Shown: positions 23,350-37,552, counted from the stretch's first letter. The stretch: 39,015 nucleotides of DNA from Chiloscyllium plagiosum (GCF_004010195.1 NW_025214789.1:7807-46821), one strand, 5' to 3'. The notes: generated from the sequence alone by a model not told the origin. Numbers and translations: made by a program.

Positions 23350-23589
23350 ATCAGAGCACGGAAACTAAACTCTTCAACAGATTGGGCATCGGTGCTGTAC
23401 ACATCGGCGCATATTCAGAACCAGGAAGGAGAAAACCATAACAATGCTTCACACAGTACTTAAATGGAATTGCATACCTTTACATCGCATACAGCAGATA
23501 CGGGTGAACAAATTCAAAGACAGGCTTACTGACAAAAGCAACAAGCGACCACTCACGTCAACCGACCAGACTGCCGACAGGAACCAGAC

Positions 23590-23662
23590 TGCGCCTGCCC
23601 GGTTTCGAACCGAGAACCTGTCGTGTGTTAAGCGAACGTGATAACCACTGCACGACAGAAAC
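23590..23662 (-). tRNA. tRNA-Val(AAC), variant or young pseudogene
   Basis: GTTTCTGTCGTGCAGTGGTTATCACGTTCGCTTAACACACGACAGGTTCTCGGTTCGAAACCGGGCAGGCGCA is 73 nt and 61/73 identical to canonical Val-AAC by hand. B-box is perfect; acceptor and anticodon stems carry mismatches. Confidence 0.85.
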
Positions 23663-23829
23663 GCGGTCCACAGGCTGCTGCTGCTGCTCAAAGTCGTCCA
23701 CCACTGAAACTTGCAGCCGTTCAACGCTTCACTTTTCCGTTTCCAGTAGCTCCTTGTTGTCCAGCGTAATTGTCGTCTTTGAAAAATTAAGGAAATCACT
23801 TGAAATTGCTCACAAAATATAGACAAAAT

Positions 23830-23933
23830 GTGACGAGGCTAGCAAGGGTTCTACTGTAGGGCGAGGCTGAATAGCTGGGAAATTTTTCCCTCCAGCGTAG
23901 GGGCTGAGCCATGAGCTTATTTAAGGTTGATAA
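23830..23933 (+). mobile_element. Short old CR1 ORF2 3' fragment cut by the downstream LINE
   Basis: GAGGCTGAATAGCTGGGAAATTTTTCCCTCCAGCGTAGGGGCTGAG resembles the CR1 RLNRLGLFSLERRRL segment. Confidence 0.55.
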
Positions 23934-24571
23934 ATAGACAATAGGTGCAGGAGTAGGCCATTCTGCCCTTCGAGCCTGCACCAGCATTCATTCTGATCAT
24001 GGTTGCTCATCCTTAATCAGTATCCTGTTCCTGCTTTATCTCCATAACCCTTGATTCCACTCTCCTTGAGAGCTCTATCCAACTCTTTCTTAAACGAATC
24101 CAGAGACTTGGCCTCCACTGCCTTCTGAGGCAGAGCATTTCACACAGCCACCACTCTCTGGGTGAAGATGTTTCCCCTCATCTCAGTCCTAAATGGCCTA
24201 CCCATTACTTTTAAGCTGTGACCTCAGGTTCGGGACTCACCCACCAGCGGAAACATGTTTCCTGCCTCCAGAGTGTCGAATCCTTTAATAATCTTGTACA
24301 TCTCAATCTGATTCCCTCTCAATCTTCTAAACTCAAGGGTATACAAGCCAGTCGCTCCAATCTTTCAATGTAAGATAGTCCCGCCATTCCAGGAATTGCC
24401 CTCGTGAACCTACGCTGCACTCCCTGAATAGCAAGAATGTCTTTCCTCGAAATTGGAGACCAGAAATCCACACACTATTCCAGGTGCGGTCTCACCAGGG
24501 CCCTGTATAGCTGTAGAAGAACCTCTTTGCTTCTATACTCAATCCCTCTTGTTAGGAAGGCCAGCATGCTA

Positions 24572-25381
24572 TTAGCTTTCTTCATTACCTACTGTACCTG
24601 CATGCTTGCCTTCATTGACTGGTGTACAAGAACACCCCAGATCTCTTTGTACTGCCCCTTTACCTAACTTGACACCATTTAGGGAGTAATCTGCCTTCCT
24701 GTTCTTGCCACCAAAGTGGATAGCCATACATTTATCCACATTAAATTGCATCTGCCATGCATCTGTCCACTCACCTAACCTCTCCAGGTCACCCTGTAAT
24801 CTACTAATATCCTCCTCACATTTCACCCTGCCATCCAGCTTTGTATCATCAGCAAATTTGCTAATGTTACTATTAATACCATTTTTTATATCATTTATAT
24901 ATATTGCAAAAGGCTGCGGTCCCAACACTGATCCCTGCGGTACCCTACTGGTCACCACCTGCCATTCCGAAAGGGAGCCGTTCATCACTACTCTTTGTTT
25001 CCTATCAGCAAACCAATTTTCAATCAAAGTCAGTACTTCGCCCCCAATACCATGCGCCCTAAATTTGCTCACGAATCTCCTATGTGGGACTTTATCAAAG
25101 GCTTTCTGAAAGTCCAGGTGTACTACATCCACTGGATCGCCCTTGTCCATCTTCAGAGATACATCCTCAAAACATTCCAGAATATTAGTCAAGCATGATT
25201 TCCCCTTCATAAATCCATGCTGACGCTGACCTATCCTGTTACTGCTATCCAGATGTGTCATAATTTCATCCTTTATAACAGACTCCAGCATCTTTCTCAC
25301 CACTGAGGTCAGACTAGCTGGTCTATCATTTCCTGCTTTCTCTCTCGCTCCTTTCTTAAAAAGCGGTACAACATTAGCCAC
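24572..25381 (-). pseudogene. CR1 reverse transcriptase core (open segment)
   Basis: ANVVPLFKKG, QHGFMKGKSCLTN, LDFQKAFDKVPH, VPQGSVLGP and SKFADDTKL. Confidence 0.93.
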
Positions 25382-26819
25382 CGTCTAATCTGCAGGAACT
25401 GATCCTGAATCTATTGAACTCTCGAAAATAATCACCAACGCATCCACGATTTCTAGAGCCACCTCCTTCAGTACCTTGGGATGTAGGCCATCAGGCTCCG
25501 GGGACTTATCAGCCTTCAAACCTAACAGTCTCTCCAACCCTAATTCCTAGCAAATATAAATCCCCTTCAGTTCAGGTCCTTCAGCCACTGTTACTTCAGG
25601 GAGCTTGCTTGTGTCTTCCCCAGTGAACACAGAACTGAAATACCAATTCAACTCTTCTGCCATTTCTTTGTTCCCCGTAATATATTCTCCTGATTCTGTC
25701 TTCAAAGGCCTAATTTTAGTCTTAACCATTTTTTTGCCTTTCACATATCTAAAAAAGCTTTTACTATCGTCCTTTATATTTTTGGCCAGTTTACCTTCAT
25801 AACTCATTTTTTTCTCTGCGTATTTCTTTCTTAGTAATCCTCTGTTGTTCTTTAAAAGCTTCCCAGTCCTCCGTGTTCCCACTCATCTTTGTTAAACTTT
25901 GTTATACTTTTTCTCGTTTGTCTTTATATGTTTCTTAACTTCCCTCGTCAGCCACGGCCACCCATGCCTCCTCATAGGATCTTTCTTCCTTTTTGGAATG
26001 ATATGATCCAGCATCTTCTGCTTTATACACAGAAATATCTGCCATTGTTTCTCCATGTGGTCCCTGCTAAGGTATTGCACCATTTGACTTTGACCAGCTT
26101 CTCCCTCATAGCTCCATAGTTCCATTTATTCAACTGAAACATTGTCACTTCCGGTTGTATTTTCTCCCTTTCAAATTGCAGATTGAAGCTTCTAATGGCT
26201 CCTTCAATTCGAGGTCCCTGATCAATTTTGTTTCGTTGCATAACACCAGATCCAGAATTGCCTTCACCCTCGTCAGCTCCACCACCAGCTGTTCTGAGAA
26301 TCCATCTCGGAGGCACTCCACAAAGTCTCTTTCTTGAGGTCCAATACCATCCTGATTCTCCCAGTCTACCTGCATGTTGAAATCCCCCATAATAACTGTC
26401 ATAACATCTTTGCGACAGGTCAATTTCAGCTCCTTATTCAACTTACATCCTTCATCCATACTACAGTTTGGGGGCCTGTAGATAACTCCCAAGAGGATCT
26501 TTCTACCCTTAGAATTTCTCAGCTCTATCCATACTGAATCTACATCCCCTGATTCTAGGTTGCCCCCGCGCAAGGGACTGAATATCATCCCTTACCAACA
26601 TGGCCACCCCACCCCTTCTGCCCGTCAGTCTGTCCTTACGATANNNNNNNNNNNNNNNNNNNNNNNNNNNNNNNNNNNNNNNNNNNNNNNNNNNNNNNNN
26701 NNNNNNNNNGTTGTCTTTCTTGACTTCCCTTGTTCTAACTTTCCCTTCAATTCCTTCTTAAACATCCAGTTTGTCCCCTCCCTCCCGCTACTTAGTTTAA
26801 AAGCAGTTATGTTGCAGTA

Positions 26820-27340
26820 GCCAACCTGCCTGCCAGAATGCTGGTCCCCAACCTCTTACGGTGCAAACCATCTCTTTTGTTTAATTGATGCTTACCACAA
26901 AACATACCCTAGTGATCCAAGAATTTAAATCCTTGCTTCATGCACCAGTTCCCCAGCCACATATTCAAGTCCATTATCTCCTTGTTCCTGGCCTCTCCAG
27001 CCAGAGGAACTGGAAGCAAACCGGAGACAACTATTCTGGACGTCCTGATTTTCAGCCTGCTTCCTAGTTCTCCGAAGTCCCGCTGTAGTATGTACCTCCT
27101 CTTCTTCCGGACATCATTTGTGCCAACATGTACCACAACTCTGGCTCTTCACCTTCGCCCTTGAGGTTTGCCTGCATTCTGTCTGTGATGTCCTTAATAC
27201 TGGCAACAGGAAGGCAACACACCATCCGCAAATCCCGCCTGTTGCCGCAGAAAGCCTGTTCAGTTCCTCTAACTATGGAGTCCCCATATACCATGGCTCT
27301 GTGCGACGTCTGACTCCTCAGCTCTGCATCCACGCCAACT
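26820..27340 (-). pseudogene. CR1 ORF1 SGNH/GDSL esterase-like domain, frameshifted
   Basis: Block I GDS in ORF 27064..27411 and block III GTND in ORF 26909..27136, in different frames. Confidence 0.88.
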
Positions 27341-30300
27341 ATTGATTCACAGGGCTGACCGCCTCGTGGACTGGCAGTGTCATCTGTCTCGACTGAGACA
27401 CAGTGTGGCACTCTCTGACTCTGTCTGACACTCTCTGAAACACACTATGACACTCTCTGAAAGACTGTGACACACTGTGACACTCTCTGACTCTCTCTGA
27501 CACTCCCTTGCACTATCCGAGACACACTGTAACTCTCTCTGACCGACACTGACAATCTGTGACAATCTTTGATATTCTCTGAGACACTGTGACACTATGA
27601 GACACACTGTGACACACTCTGACCCTCTTTGACACTCCCTGAGACACACTGTGACACTCTCTGAGACACACTATGACACACTCTGGCCCTCTTTGACACT
27701 CACTGAGACAGACTCTCACACTCTGTGACACTCTCTGAAACACACTGTGGCACTCTCTGAAAGACTGTGACACACTGTGACACTTTTTGACTCTCTCTGA
27801 TACTCTCTGAGACCCACGTGACACTCTCTGACACTCTCTGAAACATACTGTGCCACTCTCTAAAACACTGCGACACTCTATGACTATCTCTGAGACACAC
27901 TGTGATACTCTCCGACACTCTCTGAGACGCTGTGACACTCTCTGAGACACACTGAGACCCCTCTAAGACACACCGTGAAACACGTTGACACTCTCTGACA
28001 CTCTGAGACCCACTGTCACACTCTGATATCCTCTGACACTCTCTGAGGCACACTATGATACTCTCTCACTCTCTCTGACACTCTCTGAAACTCCCTTACA
28101 CTCTCTAAGACACACTGTGACTCTCTCTGACACTCTCTGAGACCCACGTGACACTCTCTGACACTCTCTGANNNNNNNNNNNNNNNNNNNNNNNNNNNNN
28201 NNNNNNNNNNNNNNNNNNNNNNNNNNNNNNNNNNNNNNNNNNNNNNNNNNNNNNNNNNNNNNNNNNNNNNNNNNNNNNNNNNNNNNNNNNNNNNNNNNNN
28301 NNNNNNNNNNNNNNNNNNNNNNNNNNNNNNNNNNNNNNNNNNNNNNNNNNNNNNNNNNNNNNNNNNNNNNNNNNNNNNNNNNNNNNNNNNNNNNNNNNNN
28401 NNNNNNNNNNNNNNNNNNNNNNNNNNNNNNNNNNNNNNNNNNNNNNNNNNNNNNNNNNNNNNNNNNNNNNNNNNNNNNNNNNNNNNNNNNNNNNNNNNNN
28501 NNNNNNNNNNNNNNNNNNNNNNNNNNNNNNNNNNNNNNNNNNNNNNNNNNNNNNNNNNNNNNNNNNNNNNNNNNNNNNNNNNNNNNNNNNNNNNNNNNNN
28601 NNNNNNNNNNNNNNNNNNNNNNNNNNNNNNNNNNNNNNNNNNNNNNNNNNNNNNNNNNNNNNNNNNNNNNNNNNNNNNNNNNNNNNNNNNNNNNNNNNNN
28701 NNNNNNNNNNNNNNNNNNNNNNNNNNNNNNNNNNNNNNNNNNNNNNNNNNNNNNNNNNNNNNNNNNNNNNNNNNNNNNNNNNNNNNNNNNNNNNNNNNNN
28801 NNNNNNNNNNNNNNNNNNNNNNNNNNNNNNNNNNNNNNNNNNNNNNNNNNNNNNNNNNNNNNNNNNNNNNNNNNNNNNNNNNNNNNNNNNNNNNNNNNNN
28901 NNNNNNNNNNNNNNNNNNNNNNNNNNNNNNNNNNNNNNNNNNNNNNNNNNNNNNNNNNNNNNNNNNNNNNNNNNNNNNNNNNNNNNNNNNNNNNNNNNNN
29001 NNNNNNNNNNNNNNNNNNNNNNNNNNNNNNNNNNNNNNNNNNNNNNNNNNNNNNNNAGTGTGACACTCTCTGACTCTCTCTGACACTCACTTACACTCTC
29101 TGAGACATACTGTGACACTCTCTGACTCTCTCTGACATTCTCTGACACTATCGGAGGCAGACTTTGACACTCTACGACACACTGTGAGACTCACTAAGAC
29201 ACTGTGATAGTTTCTGACAATCTCTGAGACACTCTGTGATACTCTCTGTCACTCGCTGAGACACTGTGACACTCTCTGAGACACACTGAGACCCTCTCTA
29301 AGACACACCGTGAAACACTTGGACACTCTCTGACACTCTGAGACACACAGTGACAGTCTGACACACTCTGACACTCTGAGGCACACTGTGACACGCTCCG
29401 CCTCTCTCTGGCACTCTCTGAGACACACTATGAGACCCTCTCACTCTCTCTGATACTCTCTGACACACCCTTACACTCTCTAAGACACACTGTGACTCTC
29501 TCTGACACTCTATGTGGCACGCTGCGTCACTCTCTGACAGACTGAGATACTCTCTGACTCTCCATGAACACACTTTGATACTCTCTGACACTCTCTGAGA
29601 CATACACTGTCAATATTACTCTGTCTGAGACACACTGTAACACTGTGTGACACTCTCTGACACTCACAGAGACATACTGTGACATTTTCTGACTCTCTCT
29701 GACACTCTTTTGCACTCTCTGAGACGCACTTTGACTCTCTCTGACCGACACTGACAATCTGTGACTCTCTCCGACATCTGTGACTCTCTCTGTGACACTC
29801 TTTGACACACTGTGAGACTCACTAAGACACTGTGACACTGTCTGACACTCTCTGAGGCACGCTGAGTCACTCTCTGACAGACTGTGATACACTGTGACAA
29901 TCTCTGCCTCTCTCTGAACACACTGTGATACTCTCTGACACTCTCTGAGACATACATTGACAATCTGACTCTCTCTGAGACACACTGTATCACTTTCTGA
30001 CTCTCTGACACTCTCTGAGAAACACTGTTACATTCATAGACTGTAACACACTGCGACACTCTCTGGCAATCTCTGAACACACTGTGGCACTCTCTGACTC
30101 TCTCTGACACTCTCTGAAGCATATTGTGCCACTCTCTAACACACTGTGACTCTCTCAGTCACTCTCTGAGACACACATTGACACTCTCTGACACACTTCG
30201 ACATGCTCTGACCGGCTCTGAAACACACTGTGACCTTCTCTGACACACTGTGATACTCCCTGCCTCTCTCTGAGACACTGCGACACTCTCTGAGACATAC

Positions 30301-32453
30301 TGTGACACTCTCTGACACACTGTGACATTCCTGGCCTCTCTCTGAGACACTGTGATACTCTCTGAGACACACTGAGACCCTCTCTAAGACACACCGTGAA
30401 ACACTTTGGCACACTCTCACACTCTGAGACACTGTGACTCTCTGACAGACTGTGACACACTGTGATACTCTTTGACACTCTCTGAGACATACCGTGACAC
30501 TCTCTGACTCTCTCTTAAACAAACATTATTACTTTCTGACTATCGCAGAGACACACAGTGACACTCTCTGACACACTCTGAGGCACGCTGAGTCACTCTC
30601 TGACAGATTGTGACACACTGTGACACTCTCTGACTCTCTCTGAACAACTGTGATACCCTTTACTGACTCTCTGACAGATTGTGACACACTGTGACACTCT
30701 CTGACTCTCTCTGAACACACTGTGATACCCTCTGACACTCTCTGAGACATACATTGACATTCTGACTCTCTCTGAGACACACTGTGACACTTTCTGAGAC
30801 ACACTGTGACACTTTCTGTCTCTCTCTGACTCCCTCTGACACACTTTGATAAAGTCTGACTCTCTGACACACTCTGAGACGGACTGTGACATTCTCTGAC
30901 TCTCTCTGAGACACACTGTGACACTTTCTGACTCTCTCTGACACTGAGACACACTGTGACACTCTCTGACAGACTGTGACGCAGTGTGTCACTCTCTGAC
31001 TCTCTCTGACACTCACAGAAACACAGTGTAACACTTTTTGACTCTCTCTGACACTTCTTTGAACTCTCTGAGACGCACTTTGACTCTCTCTGACCGACAC
31101 TGACATACTCTGACACTCTCTAACATTCTCTGAGACACTGTGACACGCTCTGAGACACTCTGTGAAACACTCTGACCCTCTTTGACACTCTCTGAGACAG
31201 ACTGTGACTCTCTGTGAATCTCTATGAAACACACTGTGACACTCTCTGATCGACTGTGACACCTTTTGAATCTATCTGACACTCTCTGGGACCCACGTTA
31301 CTCTCTCTGAGACATACTGTGTCACTCTCTAACACATTATGACACTCTATGACTCTCTCTGAGACACACTGCGACTCTCTGACAGACTGTGACACACTGT
31401 GATATTCCCTGCCTCTCTCTGAGACACTGTGACACCCTCTCAGACATACTGCGACACTCTCTGACACAATGTGACACTCCTGGCCTCTCTCTGAGACACT
31501 GTGACACTCTCTGAGACACACTGAGACCATCTCTAAGACACACCGTGAAACACTTTGACTCTCTCTGACAGACTGAGACAACACTCTATGACTCTCTCTG
31601 ACACACTGTGACAATTTCTGACACACTGTCACACTCTCTAAGACACTGTGACACTTTCTGACACTCTCGAGACATACTGTGTCCCTCTCGAAGTCACTGT
31701 GATAATCTCTGACACTCTCTGAGACACACTTTGACACTCTCTGACCGACTTGAGACACTGAGACACGCTGTGACACTCTCTTACCGTTAGCGCTACACTG
31801 TGACACTCTCTGATATTCTATGACACTCTCTGATACACATACCGTGACACTCTCTGACACATTGTGACACTCTTTGACTCTCTTTGACATTCTCTGAGAC
31901 CAACCGTCACTCTCTAACTCTCCCTGAGACACTGTGCCACTCTCTTACTCACTGTGACACTCTCTGACTCTCTCTGTCACTCTCTGAGACATACTGTGCC
32001 ACTCTCTTACACTCTGTGACATACAGTGCCACTATTTATCTCTCTCAGAAACACTCTGTGACACTCACTGACTCTCTGAGACACACTGTGACTCTATTAG
32101 ACACACTGTAACACTCTCTGACTCTCTCTCTGACACACTGTGACACTCTCTGACTCTCTCTGACACACTGAGACAATGTCTGATACACTGTCACACTCTC
32201 CAAAACACTGTGACGCTCTCTGACACTCTATGAGACATGCTGTGTCGCTTTCTAAGACACTGTGATAACCTCTGACACTCTCTGAGACACACTGTGACAC
32301 TCTCTGACAGACTGTGACACACAGTGACACTCTCCGACTGTCTTTGACACACTTTGCGACACACTTTGACATTCCCTGACTCTCTCTGACACTCCCTGAG
32401 ACACACTGTGACACTCTCTGACAGACTGTGACACACAGTGACACTGTCTGACT

Positions 32454-32773
32454 GTGCGGCACGGTGGCACAGTGGTTAGCACTGCTGCCTCACAGCGCCT
32501 GAGACCCGGGTTCATTTCCCGCCTCAGGCGACTGACTGTGTGGAGTTTGCACATTCTCCCCGTGTCTGCGTGGGTTTCCTCCGGGTGCTCCGGTTTCCTC
32601 CCACAGTCCAAAGATGTGCAGGGTCAGGTGAATTGGCCATGCTAAATTGCCCGTAGTGTTAGGTAAGGGGTAAATGTAGGGGTATGGGTGGGTTCGCTTC
32701 GGCGGGTCGGTGTGGACTTGTTGGGCCGAAGGGCCTGTTTCCACACTGTAATGTAATCTAATCTAATCTAATC
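32454..32773 (+). mobile_element. Full-length young HE1 (V-SINE) inserted in the satellite
   Basis: A-box TGGCACAGTGG, B-box-like GGTTCATTTCC, full V-domain and (TCTAA)n tail. Confidence 0.96.
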
Positions 32774-35700
32774 AGTCTTTGGCACACTCTGCGACACACT
32801 TTGGCATTCTCTGACACTCCCTGAGACACACTGTGACACTCTCTGAGACATACTGTGACACACTCTGATGCTCTTTGACACTCTCTGAGACAAACTGTGA
32901 CTCGCTCTGACACTCTCTAAAACACACTGTGGCACTCTCTGACTCTCTCTGACACTCTCTGAAGCATATTGTGCCACTCTCTAACACACTGTGACTCTCT
33001 CAGTCACTCTCTGTGACACACATTGACACTCTCTGACACACTTCGACATGCTCTGACCGGCTCTGAAACACACTGTGACCTTCTCTGACCCACTGTGACA
33101 CTCCCTGCCTCTCTCTGAGACACTGTGGCACTCTCTGACTCTCTCTGAGACACTGTGACACTCTCTGACTCTCTCTGTCACTCTCCGAGACATAATGTGC
33201 CACTCTCTTACACATTGTGACAATCTCTGACAGAATGTGACATAGTGTCACGATTTGTCTCTCTCTAAAACACTCTGTGAAACTCTCTGACTCTCTCTGA
33301 GCCACACTGTGACTCCCTCTGATACACTGTAACACGTTCTGACCGTCTTTGACACTCTCTGAGACATACTGTGACTCGCTCTGACACTCTCTGAAGCATA
33401 TTGTGCCACTCTCTAACACATTGTAACTCTCTCTGTCACTCTCTGAGACACACTGTGACACTCTCTGACACATTTCGACATGCTCTGACTCTCTCTGAGA
33501 CACACTATGACACACTCTGACACACTGTAACACTCTCTGACTCTGTCTCTGCCCCACAGTGACACTCTGTGACTCTCAATGACACACTGTCACACTCTCT
33601 AAGACACTGTGACACTTTTTGACGCTCCCTGAATCATACTGTGTCAGTCTCTACGACACTGTGATAATCACTGACACTCTCTGAGACACAATGTGACACT
33701 CTCGAACAGACTGTGACACACAGTGACACTCTCTGACTCTCTATGACACTCTCTGAGACACACTTTGACGCTCCCTCGCTCTCTCTGACACTCCCTGAGA
33801 CACACTGTAACACATTCTGACTGACTTTGACACTCTCGGAGACATACTGTGATTCGCTCTGACACTCTCTGAAGCATATTGTGCCACTCTCTAACACATT
33901 GCGACTCTCTCTGTCACTCTCTGAGACACACTGTGACACTCTCTGACACATTTCGACATGCTCTGATTGTCTCTGAGACACACTGTGACATTCTCTGACA
34001 CAGTGTAAAACTGTCTGACTCTCTCTCTGACACACATTGACAAGCTATGACTCTCTCTGACACACTGTGACCATCTCTGACAAACTGTCACACTCTCTAA
34101 GACACTGTGACACTTTCAGACACTCGCTGAGACATCCTGTTTCCCTCTCGAAAACACTATGATAATCTTTGACACTCTCTGAGACACACCGTGACACTCT
34201 CTGACCGTTAGTGCGACACTGTGGCACTCTCTGACATTCTCTGACACTCTCTGAATCTCTCTGACACTGTCCAAAACATACTGTGACACTCTGACAGACT
34301 GTGACACATTGTGACACTCTTTGACTCTCTTTGACACTCTCTGAGACCAACCGTGTCACTCTCTGTCACTGTCTGAGACATACTGTGCCACTCTCTTACA
34401 CACTGTGACAATCTCTGACAGAATGTGACATACAGTGTCACTATTTGTCTCTCCCTGAAACACTCTGCGACACTCTCTGACTCTCTCTGAGACGCACTGT
34501 GACACTCTTTGACACACTGTAACACTCTCTGACACTCTCTCTGACACTCTCTGACTCTCTCTGACACACTGAGACAATCTCTGACACACTGTCACACTCT
34601 CTAAGACACTGTGACACTCTCTGACACTCTATGAGACATACTGTGTCCCTCTCTAAGACACTGGGATAACATCTGACACTCTCTGAGACACACTGTGACA
34701 CTCTCTGACAGACTGTGACACACAGTGACACTCTGGCTCTCTCTGGCACACTCTGAGATACACTTTGACATTCTCTGACTCTCTCTGACACTCCCTGACA
34801 CTCTCTGAGACACTCTCTGACACTCTCTGAAGCATATTGTGCCACTCTCTAACACACTGACGCTCTCTGACACTCTCTGAGACACACTGTACACTCTGAC
34901 ACACTTCGACATGCTCTGACTGGCTCTGAGGAACACTGTGACATTCTCTGACCCACTGTGACACACCCTGCCTCTCCCTGAGACACCATGACACTCTCTG
35001 AGACATAATGCGACACTCCCTGACACACTGTGACATTCCTGGCCTCTCTCTGAGACACTGTGACACTCTGACATTCTCTGATACTCTGAGACACACTGTG
35101 ACACTCTCGGAGACACACTGTGACACTCTCTGACTATTTAGGAGACACACTGCGACACTCTCTGACACTCTCTGAGACACACTGACTCTCTCTGACTCTC
35201 TCTGCCATTCTCTGCCACTCTCTGACACGGTCTGAGCCAGACAGTGACTCTCGCTGACTCTCTGACACTCTCCGAGACATTCAGTGATACTCTCTGACTC
35301 TATAGGACACACTGTGACGCTCTATGACACACCTTGACATGCGCTGACTGCCGGTGAGACACACTGTGACATTCTCTGACCCACCGTGACAGTCCCTACC
35401 TCTCTCTGAGACACTGTGACACTCCCTGCCTCTCTCTGAGACACTGTGACACTCTCTGAGACATACTGCGACACTCGCTGACACACTGTGACATTCCTGG
35501 CCTCTCTCTGAGACACTGTGACACTCTCTGAGACACACTGACACCCTCTAAGACACACTGTGAAACACTTTGGCACTCTCTGACACTCTGAGACACACTG
35601 TGACACGCTCTGACTCTTTCTGACACTCTTTGAGACACACTATAACACTCTCTGAAACTCTCTGACACTCTCTGATACTCCCTTACACTCTCTAAGACAC

Positions 35701-37262
35701 ACTGTGACTCGCTCTGAAACTTTCTGTGGCACACTGAATCACTCTCTGACAGACTGTGACACACTATGATACTCTCTGACTCTCTCTGAACAAACTTTGA
35801 TACTCTCTGACACTCTCTGAGACATACACTGTCAATCTGACTCTGTCTGAGACAAACTGTGACACTCTCTGACTCGCTCTGACACTCACGGAGACACACT
35901 GTGAAACACATTGACACTTTCTCACATTCTGAGACACACTGTGACACTTTCTCTCTGACACTCTTTTCCACTCTCTGAGACGCAGTTTGACTCTCTCTGA
36001 CCGAAACTGACAAACTGTGACTCTCTCTGGCATTCTCTGTGACACGGTGACACTCTCTGAGACACACTGTCTCACACTCTGACCCTCTTTGACACTCTCT
36101 GAGACAGACAGTGACTCTCTGAGAAACAATGAAAAAAAGTGACACTCTCTGATCGACTATGACACTTTTGACTCTCTCTGACACGCTCTGATACCCACGT
36201 GACACTCTCTAACACTCTCTGAGACATACTGTGTCACTCTCTAACACACTATAACATTCCATGACTCTCCCTGAGACACACTGTGGCACTCTATGACTCT
36301 CTCTGAGACACATTGCGGCTCTCTGCCACACTGTCACCCTCTCGGAGACACACTGTGACAATCTCTGACTGTCTAGGAGACACACTGCGACACTCTCTGA
36401 CACTCTCCGAGACACACTGACTCTTTCTATTCTCTCTGCCATTCTCTGCCACCCTCTGTCACTATCTGAGCCAGACTGTGACTCTCTCTGACTCTCTGAC
36501 ACTCTCTGAGACAATCAGTGATACTCTCTGACTCTCTGGGACACACTGTGATGCTCTCTGACTCTCTAACACTCTGAGACATTCAGTGACACTCTCTGTC
36601 TCTCTGACACTCACTGGCTCTATCTGAGACACATGATGACACTCTCTTGCTCTCTCTGAGACTCTCTGACACTCACTTACACTCTCTGAGACACACTGTG
36701 ACTCTCTCGGACACTCACTTACACTCTCTGAGACACACTGTGACTCTCTATGACTCACTCTGAGAGTCACTGTGACAGTCTGTGACTCTCTCTGAAACTC
36801 TCTGACATTATCGGAGACAGACTGTAACACTCACTGACACACTCTGAGACTCACTAAGACTCTGTGACACTCTCTGACACTCTCTGAGGCACGCTGAGTC
36901 TCTCTCTGACAGACTGTGACATACTTTGATACTCTCTGACTCTCTCTGAACACACTGTGATGCCCTCTTACAATCTCTGAGACATAGATTGGCAATCTGA
37001 TTCTCTCTGAGACACACTGTGACACTTTTTGACTCTCTCTGACACTCTCTGAGACACACAGTGACATTCTCTGACCCTCTGTGACACTCCCTGCCTCTCT
37101 CTGAGACGTACTGTGTCACTCTATAACACACTATAACACTCTATGTCGCTCCCTGAGACACACTGTGTCACACTCTGACATTCTTTGACACTCTCTGAGA
37201 CAGACAGTGACTCTCTGTGAAACTCTATGAAACAAACTGTGACACTCTGTGCGACACTCTGT

Positions 37263-37552
37263 GTTAGCACTGCTGCCTCACAGCGCCAGAGACCAGGGTT
37301 CAGTTCCCGCCTCAGGTGACTGACTGTGTGGAGTTTGCACTTTCTCCCCGTGTCTGTATGGGTTTCCTCCGGGTGCTCCGGTTTCCTCCCACAGTCAGAA
37401 AGATGTGCAGGTAAGGTGAATTGGCCATGTTAGGTGGTGTTAGGTAAGGGGTAAATGTAGGGGTATGGGTGGGTTGCGCTTCGGCTGTTCGGTGTGGACT
37501 TGTTGGGCCGAAGGGCCTGTTTCCACACTATAATGTAATCTAATCTAATCTA
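37263..37552 (+). mobile_element. HE1 (V-SINE), slightly 5'-truncated, inserted in the satellite
   Basis: Begins GTTAGCACTGCTGCCTCACAGCGCC; V-domain and TAATGTAATCTAATCTAATCTA tail. Confidence 0.95.

Larger units (their letters stand above)
23934..27382 (-). mobile_element. CR1 LINE with ORF1 esterase domain, ORF2 (APE endonuclease and RT) and 3' tail; disrupted; gap at 26644-26709
   Basis: ORF1 remnants GDSIVRG, VHVGTND and IVVSGLLP; endonuclease GVIYRPP and MGDFN; RT in ORF 24572..25381; tail ATAGACAATAGGTGCAGGAGTAGGCC. Same family as 19400-22405. Confidence 0.96.

Noticed and set aside
26820..27340. Esterase domain as a captured host gene
   Set aside because: An SGNH esterase in ORF1 is an established feature of many CR1-clade LINEs, and here it is frameshifted.
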